A stretch of DNA of 64,000 nucleotides from Chthoniobacteraceae bacterium (GTDB lineage Bacteria > Verrucomicrobiota > Verrucomicrobiia > Chthoniobacterales > Chthoniobacteraceae). The notes beneath the pieces were generated by a model. The model did not search any database and had not been told where the DNA came from. It was given only the letters and a program-made list of their open reading frames with translations. This document shows, in pieces, positions 1 through 8,802 of the stretch; positions within the stretch are counted from its first letter, which is position 1, and every line of letters starts with the position of its first letter. Made by a program: the position numbers and the translations under genes. The stretch is taken from positions 21,375 through 85,374 of the forward strand of contig JBBCKI010000070.1 in assembly GCA_037190965.1 (NCBI GenBank), in the 5' to 3' direction.

Positions 1-215
1 AGGCGCAATTCCTTCACCTTGTCGACAAGTTCCTGCCCCCTGAGGGCTTCACGAAGGCTTTGCTCGCGCATGGCGACGAGTTCCCGAACCTGGGAAAACG
101 TAACCACGTCGTTATTGACGACAGCAGCAATCCCATCGAGCACTTCTTCGGCTGCGGAAGCCGAGATGGCAAACAGGGCGGCGAAGGTGGCGGTGACCAG
201 TGAACGCGAAAACAT
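1..215 (-). CDS. SurA-type periplasmic chaperone/PPIase, N-terminal part (runs off the window edge)
   Basis: Translated by hand from ATG at 215: MFSRSLVTATFAALFAISASAAEEVLDGIAAVVNNDVVTFSQVRE; signal peptide followed by the SurA_N 'DGIAAVVN.DVVT' motif. Not in the ORF track. Confidence 0.8.
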   Translation of the reverse strand, partial: MFSRSLVTATFAALFAISASAAEEVLDGIAAVVNNDVVTFSQVRELVAMREQSLREALRGQELVDKVKELR

Positions 216-334
216 GGTGTTTAAAAAACAGGGCAACCGTAAGTCCGCGCCGGATGAAGTCAACAGCAAAGCAAGGGGACGGATTCCTCGACTCCAAGCT
301 GGCACCCGGGCGGCGAGGCCTTTATGTTCCCCCA

Positions 335-1279
335 ATGCAGTTCAAGGACTACTACAGGATTCTCGGAGTCCCAAAAACGGCCAGCCAAAGCGAAATCAAG
401 AGCGCCTTTCGCAAGCTGGCTCGTACGCATCACCCCGACGTCGTCAAGCCGAAGGAGCGGGCGGAAGCGGAGACCCGTTTCAAGGAGATCAACGAGGCCT
501 ACGAAGTCTTGGGCGACGCCGAAAAGCGGCGCAAGTATGATACGCTGGGAGCCGACTGGGATCGGGCAGCCCCGCAACCGCCACCAGGGTGGCATCAGGG
601 CGCGGGCCAACGGACGGCCGGGCCGGGAGCAGGAGGAGCCGAGGATTTTGAGTTCAACTTCGGCGGTACCGGCTTCAGCGACTTTTTCGAGGCCTTTTTC
701 GGCTCCGGAGGTCGGCGAGCCAATCCGTTCGCCAGTGGCCGCGCGGCAGGCACACAGCGGGGCGTCGATGTCGAGGCCGACCTGATGGTGCCTTTGGAAG
801 AGGCTCTGCACGGCGCACGGCGCAAGATCTCCTTCCAACGCAGGGGCGGAGAGATCCAGAGTTATGAAATCACGATTCCCCCTGGCGTCCGCGAAGGGCA
901 ACGCATCCGCCTGGGAGGCCAGGGTGAAGCGGGAGCCCACGGCGGCGAAGCGGGCGATCTCTATCTCAACGTCCGGCTGGCTCCCCACCCCGATTTCCGC
1001 CTCGAAGGGGCCGATCTTATTTACGATCTCGAAGCGCTGCCGTGGACGGCCGTACTCGGCGGTTCGGTGACGGTTCCCACGATGGAAGGGAACGCAAAGC
1101 TCAAAATTCCCGCGGGCAGCCAACCCGGACAGCGGTTCAGGCTCAAAAGCCGGGGAATGCCCCGGAAGGGAGGCGAGCGAGGCGATCTTTACGTCGTGCT
1201 CGGTATCGAAATCCCGCGCGATCTGACGGCGGAGCAGCGGGAGTTGTGGGAGAAGCTGGCGAAGACAGGAACCGCATGA
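335..1279 (+). CDS. DnaJ-class co-chaperone, CbpA-like (no zinc finger)
   Basis: MQFKDYY J-domain with HPD motif, G/F-rich linker, DnaJ C-terminal domain; no CXXCXGXG repeats. Confidence 0.9.
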   Translation: MQFKDYYRILGVPKTASQSEIKSAFRKLARTHHPDVVKPKERAEAETRFKEINEAYEVLGDAEKRRKYDTLGADWDRAAPQPPPGWHQGAGQRTAGPGAGGAEDFEFNFGGTGFSDFFEAFFGSGGRRANPFASGRAAGTQRGVDVEADLMVPLEEALHGARRKISFQRRGGEIQSYEITIPPGVREGQRIRLGGQGEAGAHGGEAGDLYLNVRLAPHPDFRLEGADLIYDLEALPWTAVLGGSVTVPTMEGNAKLKIPAGSQPGQRFRLKSRGMPRKGGERGDLYVVLGIEIPRDLTAEQRELWEKLAKTGTA

Positions 1280-1316
1280 GGACAGGTAAGCGTACTCCCG
1301 AACCCCTCCTCTGCCA

Positions 1317-2126
1317 ATGCCCTGGACCTTCAGCCATCCACTGGCCGTTCTTCCGATTCATCGCTTGTTCCGGGCGCGCCTCAACTTCGCGGCCTTGGTG
1401 ATCGGCAGCCTTTCCCCGGATTTTGCCTACTATGTCAGGCAGTTTCCAGTGGCCGGGTTCGCCCATACTCTCCCTGGAACGTTGATCGTTTGCCTTCCCA
1501 CAGGATTGATGGCTCTCGCTATCTTCTACGCCTTGCGGCGGCCCTTGTGTTTTATCCTCCCCCAGCCCCACAGGGCCGCTCTCATGCCACTGACAGTTAC
1601 TCCGCCCCGTTTCAACCTTCGAAACTTTGGGATCGCGGCGGTGTCGGTATTGCTTGGCGCATGGACCCATGCTTTCTGGGATTCGTTCACGCATCGCGGC
1701 GCATGGGCTGTGGAACGGTTTCCTGTGCTCAATGCGCCGTTCGCTCGCATCGGCGTCAGCGAGCTTCCCCTATCTTACTTTCTGCAACAATTGAGCACGT
1801 TCGGAGCGGGCGCGGCGCTGGCAACCCTGTATTTTCTCTGGCTTCGAAGGCAAAGGGCAGCCGCGACTCCCACGCGGGATTCATTGTCCGACCGTTCGCG
1901 CTATCTCCTGATTGGCACACTCGGAGTCATTGCTTTCGCTCTGGCTGCACCTTCCGCCCTCGGGATGGCCTCTCAATATGGAGGCTATCTTGCGTTTCGC
2001 GTGTTTCTCTTTCGCATCGGCGTTTACGCCACCGCAGCGTTCATTCCATTGCTAATGGTTTGCTCCGTCGTCCTCTATTCAAGATCCAGGTCTGCACCGG
2101 CAAACGAAGATTCGCAACAGTGCTGA
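1317..2126 (+). CDS. DUF4184-family membrane protein
   Basis: MPWTFSHP...GSLSPDF and 'THAFWDSFTH' motifs; several hydrophobic helices. Confidence 0.8.
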   Translation: MPWTFSHPLAVLPIHRLFRARLNFAALVIGSLSPDFAYYVRQFPVAGFAHTLPGTLIVCLPTGLMALAIFYALRRPLCFILPQPHRAALMPLTVTPPRFNLRNFGIAAVSVLLGAWTHAFWDSFTHRGAWAVERFPVLNAPFARIGVSELPLSYFLQQLSTFGAGAALATLYFLWLRRQRAAATPTRDSLSDRSRYLLIGTLGVIAFALAAPSALGMASQYGGYLAFRVFLFRIGVYATAAFIPLLMVCSVVLYSRSRSAPANEDSQQC

Positions 2127-2148
2127 TTCATTGGGTTGATCTGCGATT

Positions 2149-2574
2149 TCACTTGCCGGAGATTTCATAGGCGAAGTCTCCGTGGTCCGTGGAGATGAAG
2201 ACCTGGCTCACGGGTTTTCCATAACAAAGCGCACGGACCGCATCCGGAGCTGCCGGAGCGTCGGTGATGGTGATGAATGAATCCCCATACTCCCGTAGAC
2301 AACGCGGAAAACCTTGCTGCAGGTACGCTCTCCCCGTTGTCTCGCGTGGCGCACAGAGCGAGGAGGTAAACTCGCCATTGATCAAGACGCTCGTCACCGC
2401 GATGGGGTGCCGCGCCAAAGAAGTGATCTGCACGCCGCCAATGACCCCATAATCGAGGTACTCGATGGCCAGAATCTCGCCGTCTCCTTTGCGATTCGCG
2501 GAGTGGCGCGCGGGAACAAAGAGAGACACCGCCAATGCGGTCGCCGTAGGAAGATAATACGTCGTTCTTGCCAT
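2149..2574 (-). CDS. Hypothetical protein, possibly exported
   Basis: 141-aa ORF filling the gap; weakly hydrophobic N-terminus; no recognised family. Confidence 0.55.
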   Translation of the reverse strand: MARTTYYLPTATALAVSLFVPARHSANRKGDGEILAIEYLDYGVIGGVQITSLARHPIAVTSVLINGEFTSSLCAPRETTGRAYLQQGFPRCLREYGDSFITITDAPAAPDAVRALCYGKPVSQVFISTDHGDFAYEISGK

Positions 2575-2591
2575 TTTTAGGGACCTTGTCC

Positions 2592-2749
2592 CGTAGGCAT
2601 TAAGGCGCGGCCCGAACCGCGCTTGGTCCCAAAGGCCGTAGGAAGCCTGACACCCAAAGCACGGTCAGACCGCGCCGATCCACGGCGCGATCAGCAAATG
2701 CTGGGTGTCAAAAAGTTCCTACGTTTTTGGGACTCCCAATCTGCCTACG
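2592..2749. other. Long nested inverted-repeat (rod-like hairpin) element; candidate structured RNA or DNA element
   Basis: Nested pairs 2592-2599/2742-2749, 2625-2635/2724-2734, 2637-2644/2716-2723, 2648-2656/2702-2710, 2671-2677/2683-2689, plus side hairpin 2603-2624. Confidence 0.6.
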
Positions 2750-3022
2750 CAGCTAATTTATAACGTTGTCGGCCGACTATTCCCGGCGGGTCGAACGACG
2801 TCAATATTTTCGTGTTTGACGGGAAAATCTGCCGTAAGCGTGCGCGATAACAGATGGCGCGAGCGGTCTACCGCGCTCTTCATCGCCCGCCCATCCAACG
2901 CCGATCGCCCCGATCCATTGCCGTTTTCAGGCACAAAGAACTCAGGGAAACAACGATCCCGCATCCGAGCCCGTAAACGGGATTGTCTCCGGGCGAATTC
3001 TCGGCGAAGCTCCACGGCTAAT

Positions 3023-4033
3023 ATGAGCAAAACAAGGTCTGGATGTCTCTGGGGCGTTCTGGGTGTCGTGCTTCTTTTCAGTCTTCTCCTGAATCTGGCG
3101 CTGGTCGCGGGACGGACGAAAAGCGTAAGTGCAAATCTCGGCACGACCGCCAAACCGATCGAACGCCTTCAGGAACAGGTACTGGTCAAAGGCTCGCAGG
3201 CCGGGCGCATTGTCCAGATTCCCCTGCGTGGGTTGATCAGCTCCAGCATCGCGGGGCGCATGGGCGATTCGATGGTTACGGACCTCAAGATCCAGCTTCA
3301 CCAGGCCGCCAACGACCCCGAGATCAAGGCGATCGTGCTGGCCATCGACTCCCCCGGGGGCGAAGTGACCGCGTCCGACATCATCTACAATGCCATTCGC
3401 AGGGCGCGGGAGAAGAAACCTGTGGTGGTTTCGATGGGGTCCATGGCCGCTTCGGGCGGATACTACGCCGCGTGCGGCGGGAGCTACCTGATCGCCAATG
3501 ACACGACATTTACCGGCTCCATCGGCGTCATCATCCAGTCGTTCCGCTACAATGATCTGCTCAATAAAATCGGCGTCGAGCCCCTGACCTTCAAGAGCGG
3601 GGCGTTCAAGGACATGCTCAGCGGCACCCGCGAGATGACCCCTGCCGAGAGGGAATACATTCAGGCGCTGGTCATGCAGACGTACGGCCGGTTTGTCGGT
3701 ATTGTCGCGAAGGAACGAAAGATCCCCGAAGCGGAACTTCGCGCCGGGGTGGCGGACGGCCGCGTCGTGACTGGTCAGGACGCGCTGGCGGCCAAGCTCG
3801 TCGACGCGCTGGGCGAGATCGACGACGCCTACGCGAAGGCCCGCGAGCTGGGCGGAGTCCCCGACGCTGCCGTGGTTGTTTACGAGGAGCCGTTCCGCCT
3901 GGGGCGCCTCTTCAGATTCTTCGGTGCCGAAGCGAGCCAGAGCGGGAAGGTGGAGCTCAATATTTCCGCCATGCCGCTTCTCCAGCTCGAACCGGGACGG
4001 GCCTATCTGCTCCCCAGCATTTGTGTGCCGTGA
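3023..4033 (+). CDS. sppA: Signal peptide peptidase SppA (short S49 type)
   Basis: N-terminal TM anchor; IDSPGG, AASGGYY, TGSIGV and KSGAFKD motifs. Confidence 0.92.
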   Translation: MSKTRSGCLWGVLGVVLLFSLLLNLALVAGRTKSVSANLGTTAKPIERLQEQVLVKGSQAGRIVQIPLRGLISSSIAGRMGDSMVTDLKIQLHQAANDPEIKAIVLAIDSPGGEVTASDIIYNAIRRAREKKPVVVSMGSMAASGGYYAACGGSYLIANDTTFTGSIGVIIQSFRYNDLLNKIGVEPLTFKSGAFKDMLSGTREMTPAEREYIQALVMQTYGRFVGIVAKERKIPEAELRAGVADGRVVTGQDALAAKLVDALGEIDDAYAKARELGGVPDAAVVVYEEPFRLGRLFRFFGAEASQSGKVELNISAMPLLQLEPGRAYLLPSICVP

Positions 4034-4106
4034 GGGGACTTTCGAAAGCAGCCATGCCCCCCGCCACTGAAACCGTCCTCAGGTCGGGAGCCTCTTTTCT
4101 CGTCCT

Positions 4107-4949
4107 ATGACACCGGTTGAAGACGGTCCCTGGGCACTCCCCCTGGCGGGAACGGCAGTCGTGGTGGCGTTCCTTTTGGCGATCCTCGTCGTCTGCCTCC
4201 GGGTTTTCGGGCGGTTGACGGCGCGGGTTCTCAAGGGGCAGGGCAAGGTCTGGAGCGAACCCCTGGGCCTCCCCGATCTCCTGGTCGTCGGTGTGCTTTC
4301 GACCTGGTTTGCGGTCCTCGCCGTGGCCGGTTTTGCCCATGGGGGAGAGGAGGCAGGCCCGATGTCCAGCGGAGACATCCTGCAGGGGGCGCTGCTCTTT
4401 GCCGTCATGGTGGGAGGCATTACGCTCTTCCTGCGATCACGGGAGATCTCCGTCTTCCACCTTTTCGGATTTGGCAAACTGCCGCCCCTGAAAGCACTGG
4501 GGACAGCCGCGCTTCTTTTCGCGGCCGCCTACCCGATCGTCCGGGTTTGCACGATCCTGACCGCGCAATGGCTTGGAGAACGGGCGGAATCTCAAAAGAT
4601 CATCGAGTTCTTCATTAATTCCGTCGCGCAGTCGAACCCTTGGCAGATCGCCGCCACGGCGGCGGCGGGGATTCTGATCGCCCCGGCGACGGAGGAATTC
4701 CTGTTCCGTGGCTACATCTACGGGACGGTCCGACGGTACCTTGGCCCGATTGCGGCGATTTTGCTCAGCTCCGCGCTGTTCGCCCTCATCCATATGAACC
4801 TCCTTTCGCTCCCGTCCCTGTTCGTTCTGGCGATCTGCTTCGCGCTCGCCTATGAGGCCACGGGAAGCCTGCTGGTGCCGATGGCGATGCACGCCTTTTT
4901 CAACGCGCTCAACCTGGGCGAAATCTTTTTCCACGCCTCGCGGCAATGA
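4107..4949 (+). CDS. CPBP-family (CAAX/Abi) intramembrane glutamic protease
   Basis: EEFLFRG, FALIH and HAFFN motifs; multi-TM. Confidence 0.9.
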   Translation: MTPVEDGPWALPLAGTAVVVAFLLAILVVCLRVFGRLTARVLKGQGKVWSEPLGLPDLLVVGVLSTWFAVLAVAGFAHGGEEAGPMSSGDILQGALLFAVMVGGITLFLRSREISVFHLFGFGKLPPLKALGTAALLFAAAYPIVRVCTILTAQWLGERAESQKIIEFFINSVAQSNPWQIAATAAAGILIAPATEEFLFRGYIYGTVRRYLGPIAAILLSSALFALIHMNLLSLPSLFVLAICFALAYEATGSLLVPMAMHAFFNALNLGEIFFHASRQ

Positions 4950-5911
4950 CAACGCGGCTCTCGGATCTTGGGGAAGACCGGCTCGTGGCCCGGCTCACAC
5001 GAGGCCTCCCCGCTCATCCGGGGCTGCGGCTCGGGCCGGGGGACGATTGCGCGGTGGCGGCGCGCCCCGGTGAGGCGGTCTGGACGCTGCTCAAGACCGA
5101 CTGCGTGATTGAGGGGGTGCATTTCACCCCCGACACCGACTTCCGCCGGGTGGGCTGGAAGGCATTGGCCCGGGCCGTGAGCGACATCGCCGCCATGGGG
5201 GGTGAACCGGAGCACGCGCTCATCACCGTGGCGTTCCCTCCGACGCTGGAGGTGGCCAAGGCGGACGCCCTTTATGCGGGGCTGCGCCGTTGCGCGCGGA
5301 AGTTCGGGATCTCCATCGCGGGTGGCGAAACGGCGCGGGTTCCCAGCGTGGGAAAGCCTCCGCAACCGGGACCGATTTTCATTTCCGTCACGTTGACCGG
5401 GCGAGTGGAGAAAGACCGCTACGTCACGCGCTCCGGCGGCCGCCCCGGGGATATCCTTTTCGTCACGGGTCGCCTCGGCGGTTCGCTGGCAGGCAAACAT
5501 CTCGATTTCATGCCGCGCCTGGCAGAAGCGCGCTGGCTGACCGCCCATTTCCGTCCCCATGCCATGATGGACCTCAGCGACGGCCTCGGGGCCGACCTCC
5601 CGCGTCTGGCGCGCGCCAGCGGCTGCGGGTTCGAACTGGGCGAGTTGCCACACACGCCGGGCTGCACCCGCGAGCAGGCGCTGGCCGATGGCGAAGATTT
5701 CGAACTCCTCTTCGCGCTCGCCCCACGGCAGGCAGCCAAACTGGAGGCGGCATGGCCTTTCCCGAAATTGCCATTGACGCGGATTGGGCATTTGAGCGCA
5801 AATCGGCGCGCCCGGACCCACAGGACCAAGACCAAGACCAAAGGAGCCGAGCCCGCCCAACCCACCGTTCATGGCTTCGATCATTTCGCATCACCCGCAG
5901 GAAACCTTTGA
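4946..5911 (+). CDS. thiL: Thiamine-monophosphate kinase
   Basis: [34 protein letters not shown] motifs and C-terminal GFDHF. Confidence 0.92.
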   Translation: MTTRLSDLGEDRLVARLTRGLPAHPGLRLGPGDDCAVAARPGEAVWTLLKTDCVIEGVHFTPDTDFRRVGWKALARAVSDIAAMGGEPEHALITVAFPPTLEVAKADALYAGLRRCARKFGISIAGGETARVPSVGKPPQPGPIFISVTLTGRVEKDRYVTRSGGRPGDILFVTGRLGGSLAGKHLDFMPRLAEARWLTAHFRPHAMMDLSDGLGADLPRLARASGCGFELGELPHTPGCTREQALADGEDFELLFALAPRQAAKLEAAWPFPKLPLTRIGHLSANRRARTHRTKTKTKGAEPAQPTVHGFDHFASPAGNL

Positions 5912-6281
5912 AATCGGCCGCCGCCTCGCGGCGGAGTTGCACCGGGGGGATGTGCTCGCGCTGGCGGGGGACCTCGGCGCGGGGAAGACGCATTTCACCA
6001 AGGGGATCGCCGCCGGGCTGGGGATCGATGCCGGCGTGACCAGCCCCACCTTCACCCTGATCCACGAATACCCGGGCGGACGACTGCCTCTCTATCATAT
6101 CGATCTCTACCGGCTCGAAGCCGCCGGGGAGGCATTGGACATGGGGATCGACGACTATCTCGGGGGCGACGGCGTAACGGTCGTGGAATGGGCTGATAAA
6201 TTTGCGGAGCTGCTACCGCGCAATGCCCGCTGGATCCAATTCCGTGTGCTGGAGGGCGACGACCGGGAGATCGAACTATGA
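5871..6281 (+). CDS. tsaE: tRNA t6A biosynthesis ATPase TsaE
   Basis: GDLGAGKT P-loop, [19 protein letters not shown]. Confidence 0.95.
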   Translation: MASIISHHPQETFEIGRRLAAELHRGDVLALAGDLGAGKTHFTKGIAAGLGIDAGVTSPTFTLIHEYPGGRLPLYHIDLYRLEAAGEALDMGIDDYLGGDGVTVVEWADKFAELLPRNARWIQFRVLEGDDREIEL

Positions 6282-6919
6282 GCGTGCTTCTTGCCATCGA
6301 AACCTCCACCTCGCAGGGGAGCGTCGCGCTTCTCGAGACGACGCAGCCCGCGTCGCCACGCATCCTCTTCTCGGAAGACTTCGCAGCCGGGCGCAGCCAC
6401 AGTTCACAGCTTTTCGCGGTGCTCGAACGAGCCTTGGATGCCGTGCCTGAGGGCGATGACCTTCACGAGATTTCCGTCGGGCTCGGGCCCGGCTCCTACG
6501 CCGGGGTACGCATCGCCATTTCCGCCGCCACCGGGCTGGCGCTGGCCCGCGACGCGCGGCTGACGGGGCTCCCATCCATTGTCGCGCTCGACGAAGGCGA
6601 TTACATCGCCATTGGCGACGCCCGGCGCGAAACCTTCTATTTCGCCGTCGTGCGAGGAGGAGAGTGTGTGGCAGGCCCCTCGTTGGTATCCGCCGCCGAT
6701 CTCCCCGGCAGGATCGACGCCGCAGGGGGGTTGCCCATTTTCGCCGCGGAGCTTTCTCCCTCCTTTGAGGGCCTGGGTCTGGCAGCTAGCGTGGAGTTGC
6801 GCCACCCCTGCGCGCAACGGCTGGCGCGTCTTGCCGTCGCCGGAAAAGCCGTCATCGCGCGGGATCTTCTGGAGCCGATTTACCTGCGCGATCCGCACAT
6901 CACCCAGCCGAAGGCGTAG
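6278..6919 (+). CDS. tsaB: tRNA t6A biosynthesis protein TsaB
   Basis: LAIETST, GPGSYAGVRI, DARR, LEPIYLR. Confidence 0.93.
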   Translation: MSVLLAIETSTSQGSVALLETTQPASPRILFSEDFAAGRSHSSQLFAVLERALDAVPEGDDLHEISVGLGPGSYAGVRIAISAATGLALARDARLTGLPSIVALDEGDYIAIGDARRETFYFAVVRGGECVAGPSLVSAADLPGRIDAAGGLPIFAAELSPSFEGLGLAASVELRHPCAQRLARLAVAGKAVIARDLLEPIYLRDPHITQPKA

Positions 6920-6927
6920 CCCCCCGT

Positions 6928-7093
6928 CGGTGCGGCAGCACCGGTAGCCCGCTCACGCCGCGAGCGCGGGCATCGGCTTCCGTGCCTCCCTGAAGGACAC
7001 ACCCAATCCTACAGACTCACAGTCTGTCCGGCGGGGATCAGTGTCAAACGCGTCTCCTTGCCTGGTCCCGCGCTCTCGGCGAGAGCGGGCTAT
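6928..7093 (+). repeat. GTAG-type REP doublet (REPIN-like), copy 1
   Basis: GTAGCCCGCTCACGCCGCGAGCGCGGG (6944-6970) inverted with CCCGCGCTCTCGGCGAGAGCGGGCTAT (7067-7093); homologous to 26038-26199 and 51846-52005. Confidence 0.85.
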
Positions 7094-7181
7094 CCTTTTC
7101 CATACAACCCGAAACCCCCTTTCGTGCTTGCAACGCGTTTCTGAATTGGCGGGCACCCCGGCGGACGGTACACTCCGGCTC

Positions 7182-7529
7182 ATGAGCGAGCTTTCCACTG
7201 AGCAGGTCACTCCGTTCGAGTTCCACACCGCGTCGTTGGCGACGGACGCCTCGGCCAATCCGTTCAAGCTGGTGGTTGATCCCGTCATGCGGGTAAAACT
7301 CCGCAAGGCGCTCTTTGAACTGATCGAGAACCACGACACCCAGCTCGCCGAATACGTGGCCAACGGCCAGCTCTCGCTGGATTCGTACAAGGAATACATC
7401 GAGATCTTCGCCCGCAGCCTGCGCGACAGCATGGCGACCACCGAGGGGGTCAACTACCTGCTGGAATCGTGCGGGTTCCGGGTCGAGCCCGATCAAATCA
7501 ATCTCCACCCGGAAACCCGCTGGAAATAA
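7182..7529 (+). CDS. Hypothetical protein
   Basis: MSELSTEQVTPFEF...; host-like codon usage; the longer ORF start at 7041 lies inside the repeat and is unlikely. Confidence 0.75.
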   Translation: MSELSTEQVTPFEFHTASLATDASANPFKLVVDPVMRVKLRKALFELIENHDTQLAEYVANGQLSLDSYKEYIEIFARSLRDSMATTEGVNYLLESCGFRVEPDQINLHPETRWK

Positions 7530-7579
7530 GCGGTTTTTCTGGGTTGCAGTTCAGTCCCAAGAGTCGGAAAATTATTCTT

Positions 7580-8101
7580 ATGTTAACCAGCCAACGGATC
7601 ATCGACGCAATCAACGAGCAAATCGGCAACGAATTCTCGGCCATGCTCCAGTACACGGCCATCGCCGCGCATTTCGACAGTGAGACGCTGCCGGAACTCG
7701 CCGCCCATTTCCGGGCGCAGGCTGAAGAGGAGAAGGAGCACGCGCACCGCTTCATTAAGTACGTGATCGATACCGGGGCCAAGGTGGAGATCCCGGCGAT
7801 CCCGGCTCCCACCAATCATTTCCAGTTCGCCGAAGAAGCTGTCAAACTTTCGCTGGAACAGGAGAAAACCGTGACCGCACAGGTCAACCGGCTCGTCCAA
7901 ATTGCCAAGGAAGAGAATGACTACACCTCGGACACGTTCCTGCAATGGTTCGTGACCGAACAGCTTGAAGAGGTTTCCTCCATGGAAGATCTTCTTCGCG
8001 TCGTTCAACGCGCCGGAGAAGCCAACCTGCTCCGCGTGGAAGATTACCTCGTCCGCAAGACCAGTACCACCCGAGGCTTCGGTGCCAATTCCGAAGCCTG
8101 A
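7580..8101 (+). CDS. Non-heme ferritin
   Basis: INEQIGNE...QAEEEKEHA...FLQWFVTEQLEE ferroxidase pattern. Confidence 0.92.
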   Translation: MLTSQRIIDAINEQIGNEFSAMLQYTAIAAHFDSETLPELAAHFRAQAEEEKEHAHRFIKYVIDTGAKVEIPAIPAPTNHFQFAEEAVKLSLEQEKTVTAQVNRLVQIAKEENDYTSDTFLQWFVTEQLEEVSSMEDLLRVVQRAGEANLLRVEDYLVRKTSTTRGFGANSEA

Positions 8102-8109
8102 GCCTTATT

Positions 8110-8802
8110 ATGTATCAGGAAGCCTCCATTACGCTCTCCCGCGAAGTCAAAGCCGTTCGCATCCCGAGCGGCGAACAGATCACCCTTCCCACCGGCAGCT
8201 CCGTGATCATCACGCAGGCACTGGGCGGCAGCTTTACGGTGCTGGTGACCCATCAGCCGGGGCTTTTCCGCATCCACGGAAACGACGCCGACGCGCTGGG
8301 CCGCGAGCCGTTGCCCGTTGAAGCAACGGGAATCGAGAGTGCCGAAGGGCCGTTCGACATCGAGCAGGTCTGGGCGCAACTCCGGAACTGCTACGACCCG
8401 GAAATCCCCGTCAACATCGTCGATCTCGGCCTGATCTACAGCCTGGAAGCGACGGACGATGAATCCGGCGGAAAGCGGATCAGCGTGAAGATGACGCTCA
8501 CCGCGCCCGGCTGCGGCATGGGGCCGACGCTGGCCGCCGACGCGGAGCACCGGATTCTGACGGTGCCCGGCGTGGCCTCGGCCAATGTGGAACTCGTCTG
8601 GGAACCTCAGTGGGGCCCTGACCGGATCTCCGCCGCAGGCCCTCTCTTTCCTTTTCTCCCTCTGCAACTCACCCAGCAGGTCCTTTTCAAGCGGGACACG
8701 CAGCAAGCGATGGTGACCCGAATCGGCCTTGGAATCCCATGGCCACCTCTACCACCACCCTTTCGCCCGCCGACCTCATTCGTGAATCCGCCGTGCCTTT
8801 GA
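8110..8802 (+). CDS. sufT: Fe-S assembly protein SufT (DUF59, long form); aberrant C-terminus after ~8640
   Basis: ITQALGGSFTV, CYDPEIPVNIVDLGLIY, MTLTAPGCGMG, VWEPQW..DRIS; then a Pro-rich tail overlapping the next gene. Confidence 0.85.
   Translation: MYQEASITLSREVKAVRIPSGEQITLPTGSSVIITQALGGSFTVLVTHQPGLFRIHGNDADALGREPLPVEATGIESAEGPFDIEQVWAQLRNCYDPEIPVNIVDLGLIYSLEATDDESGGKRISVKMTLTAPGCGMGPTLAADAEHRILTVPGVASANVELVWEPQWGPDRISAAGPLFPFLPLQLTQQVLFKRDTQQAMVTRIGLGIPWPPLPPPFRPPTSFVNPPCL

Noticed and set aside
2592..2749. Retron msr-msd interpretation of the hairpin (closing inverted repeat, small hairpin, long stem)
   Set aside because: No reverse transcriptase ORF is anywhere in the window.
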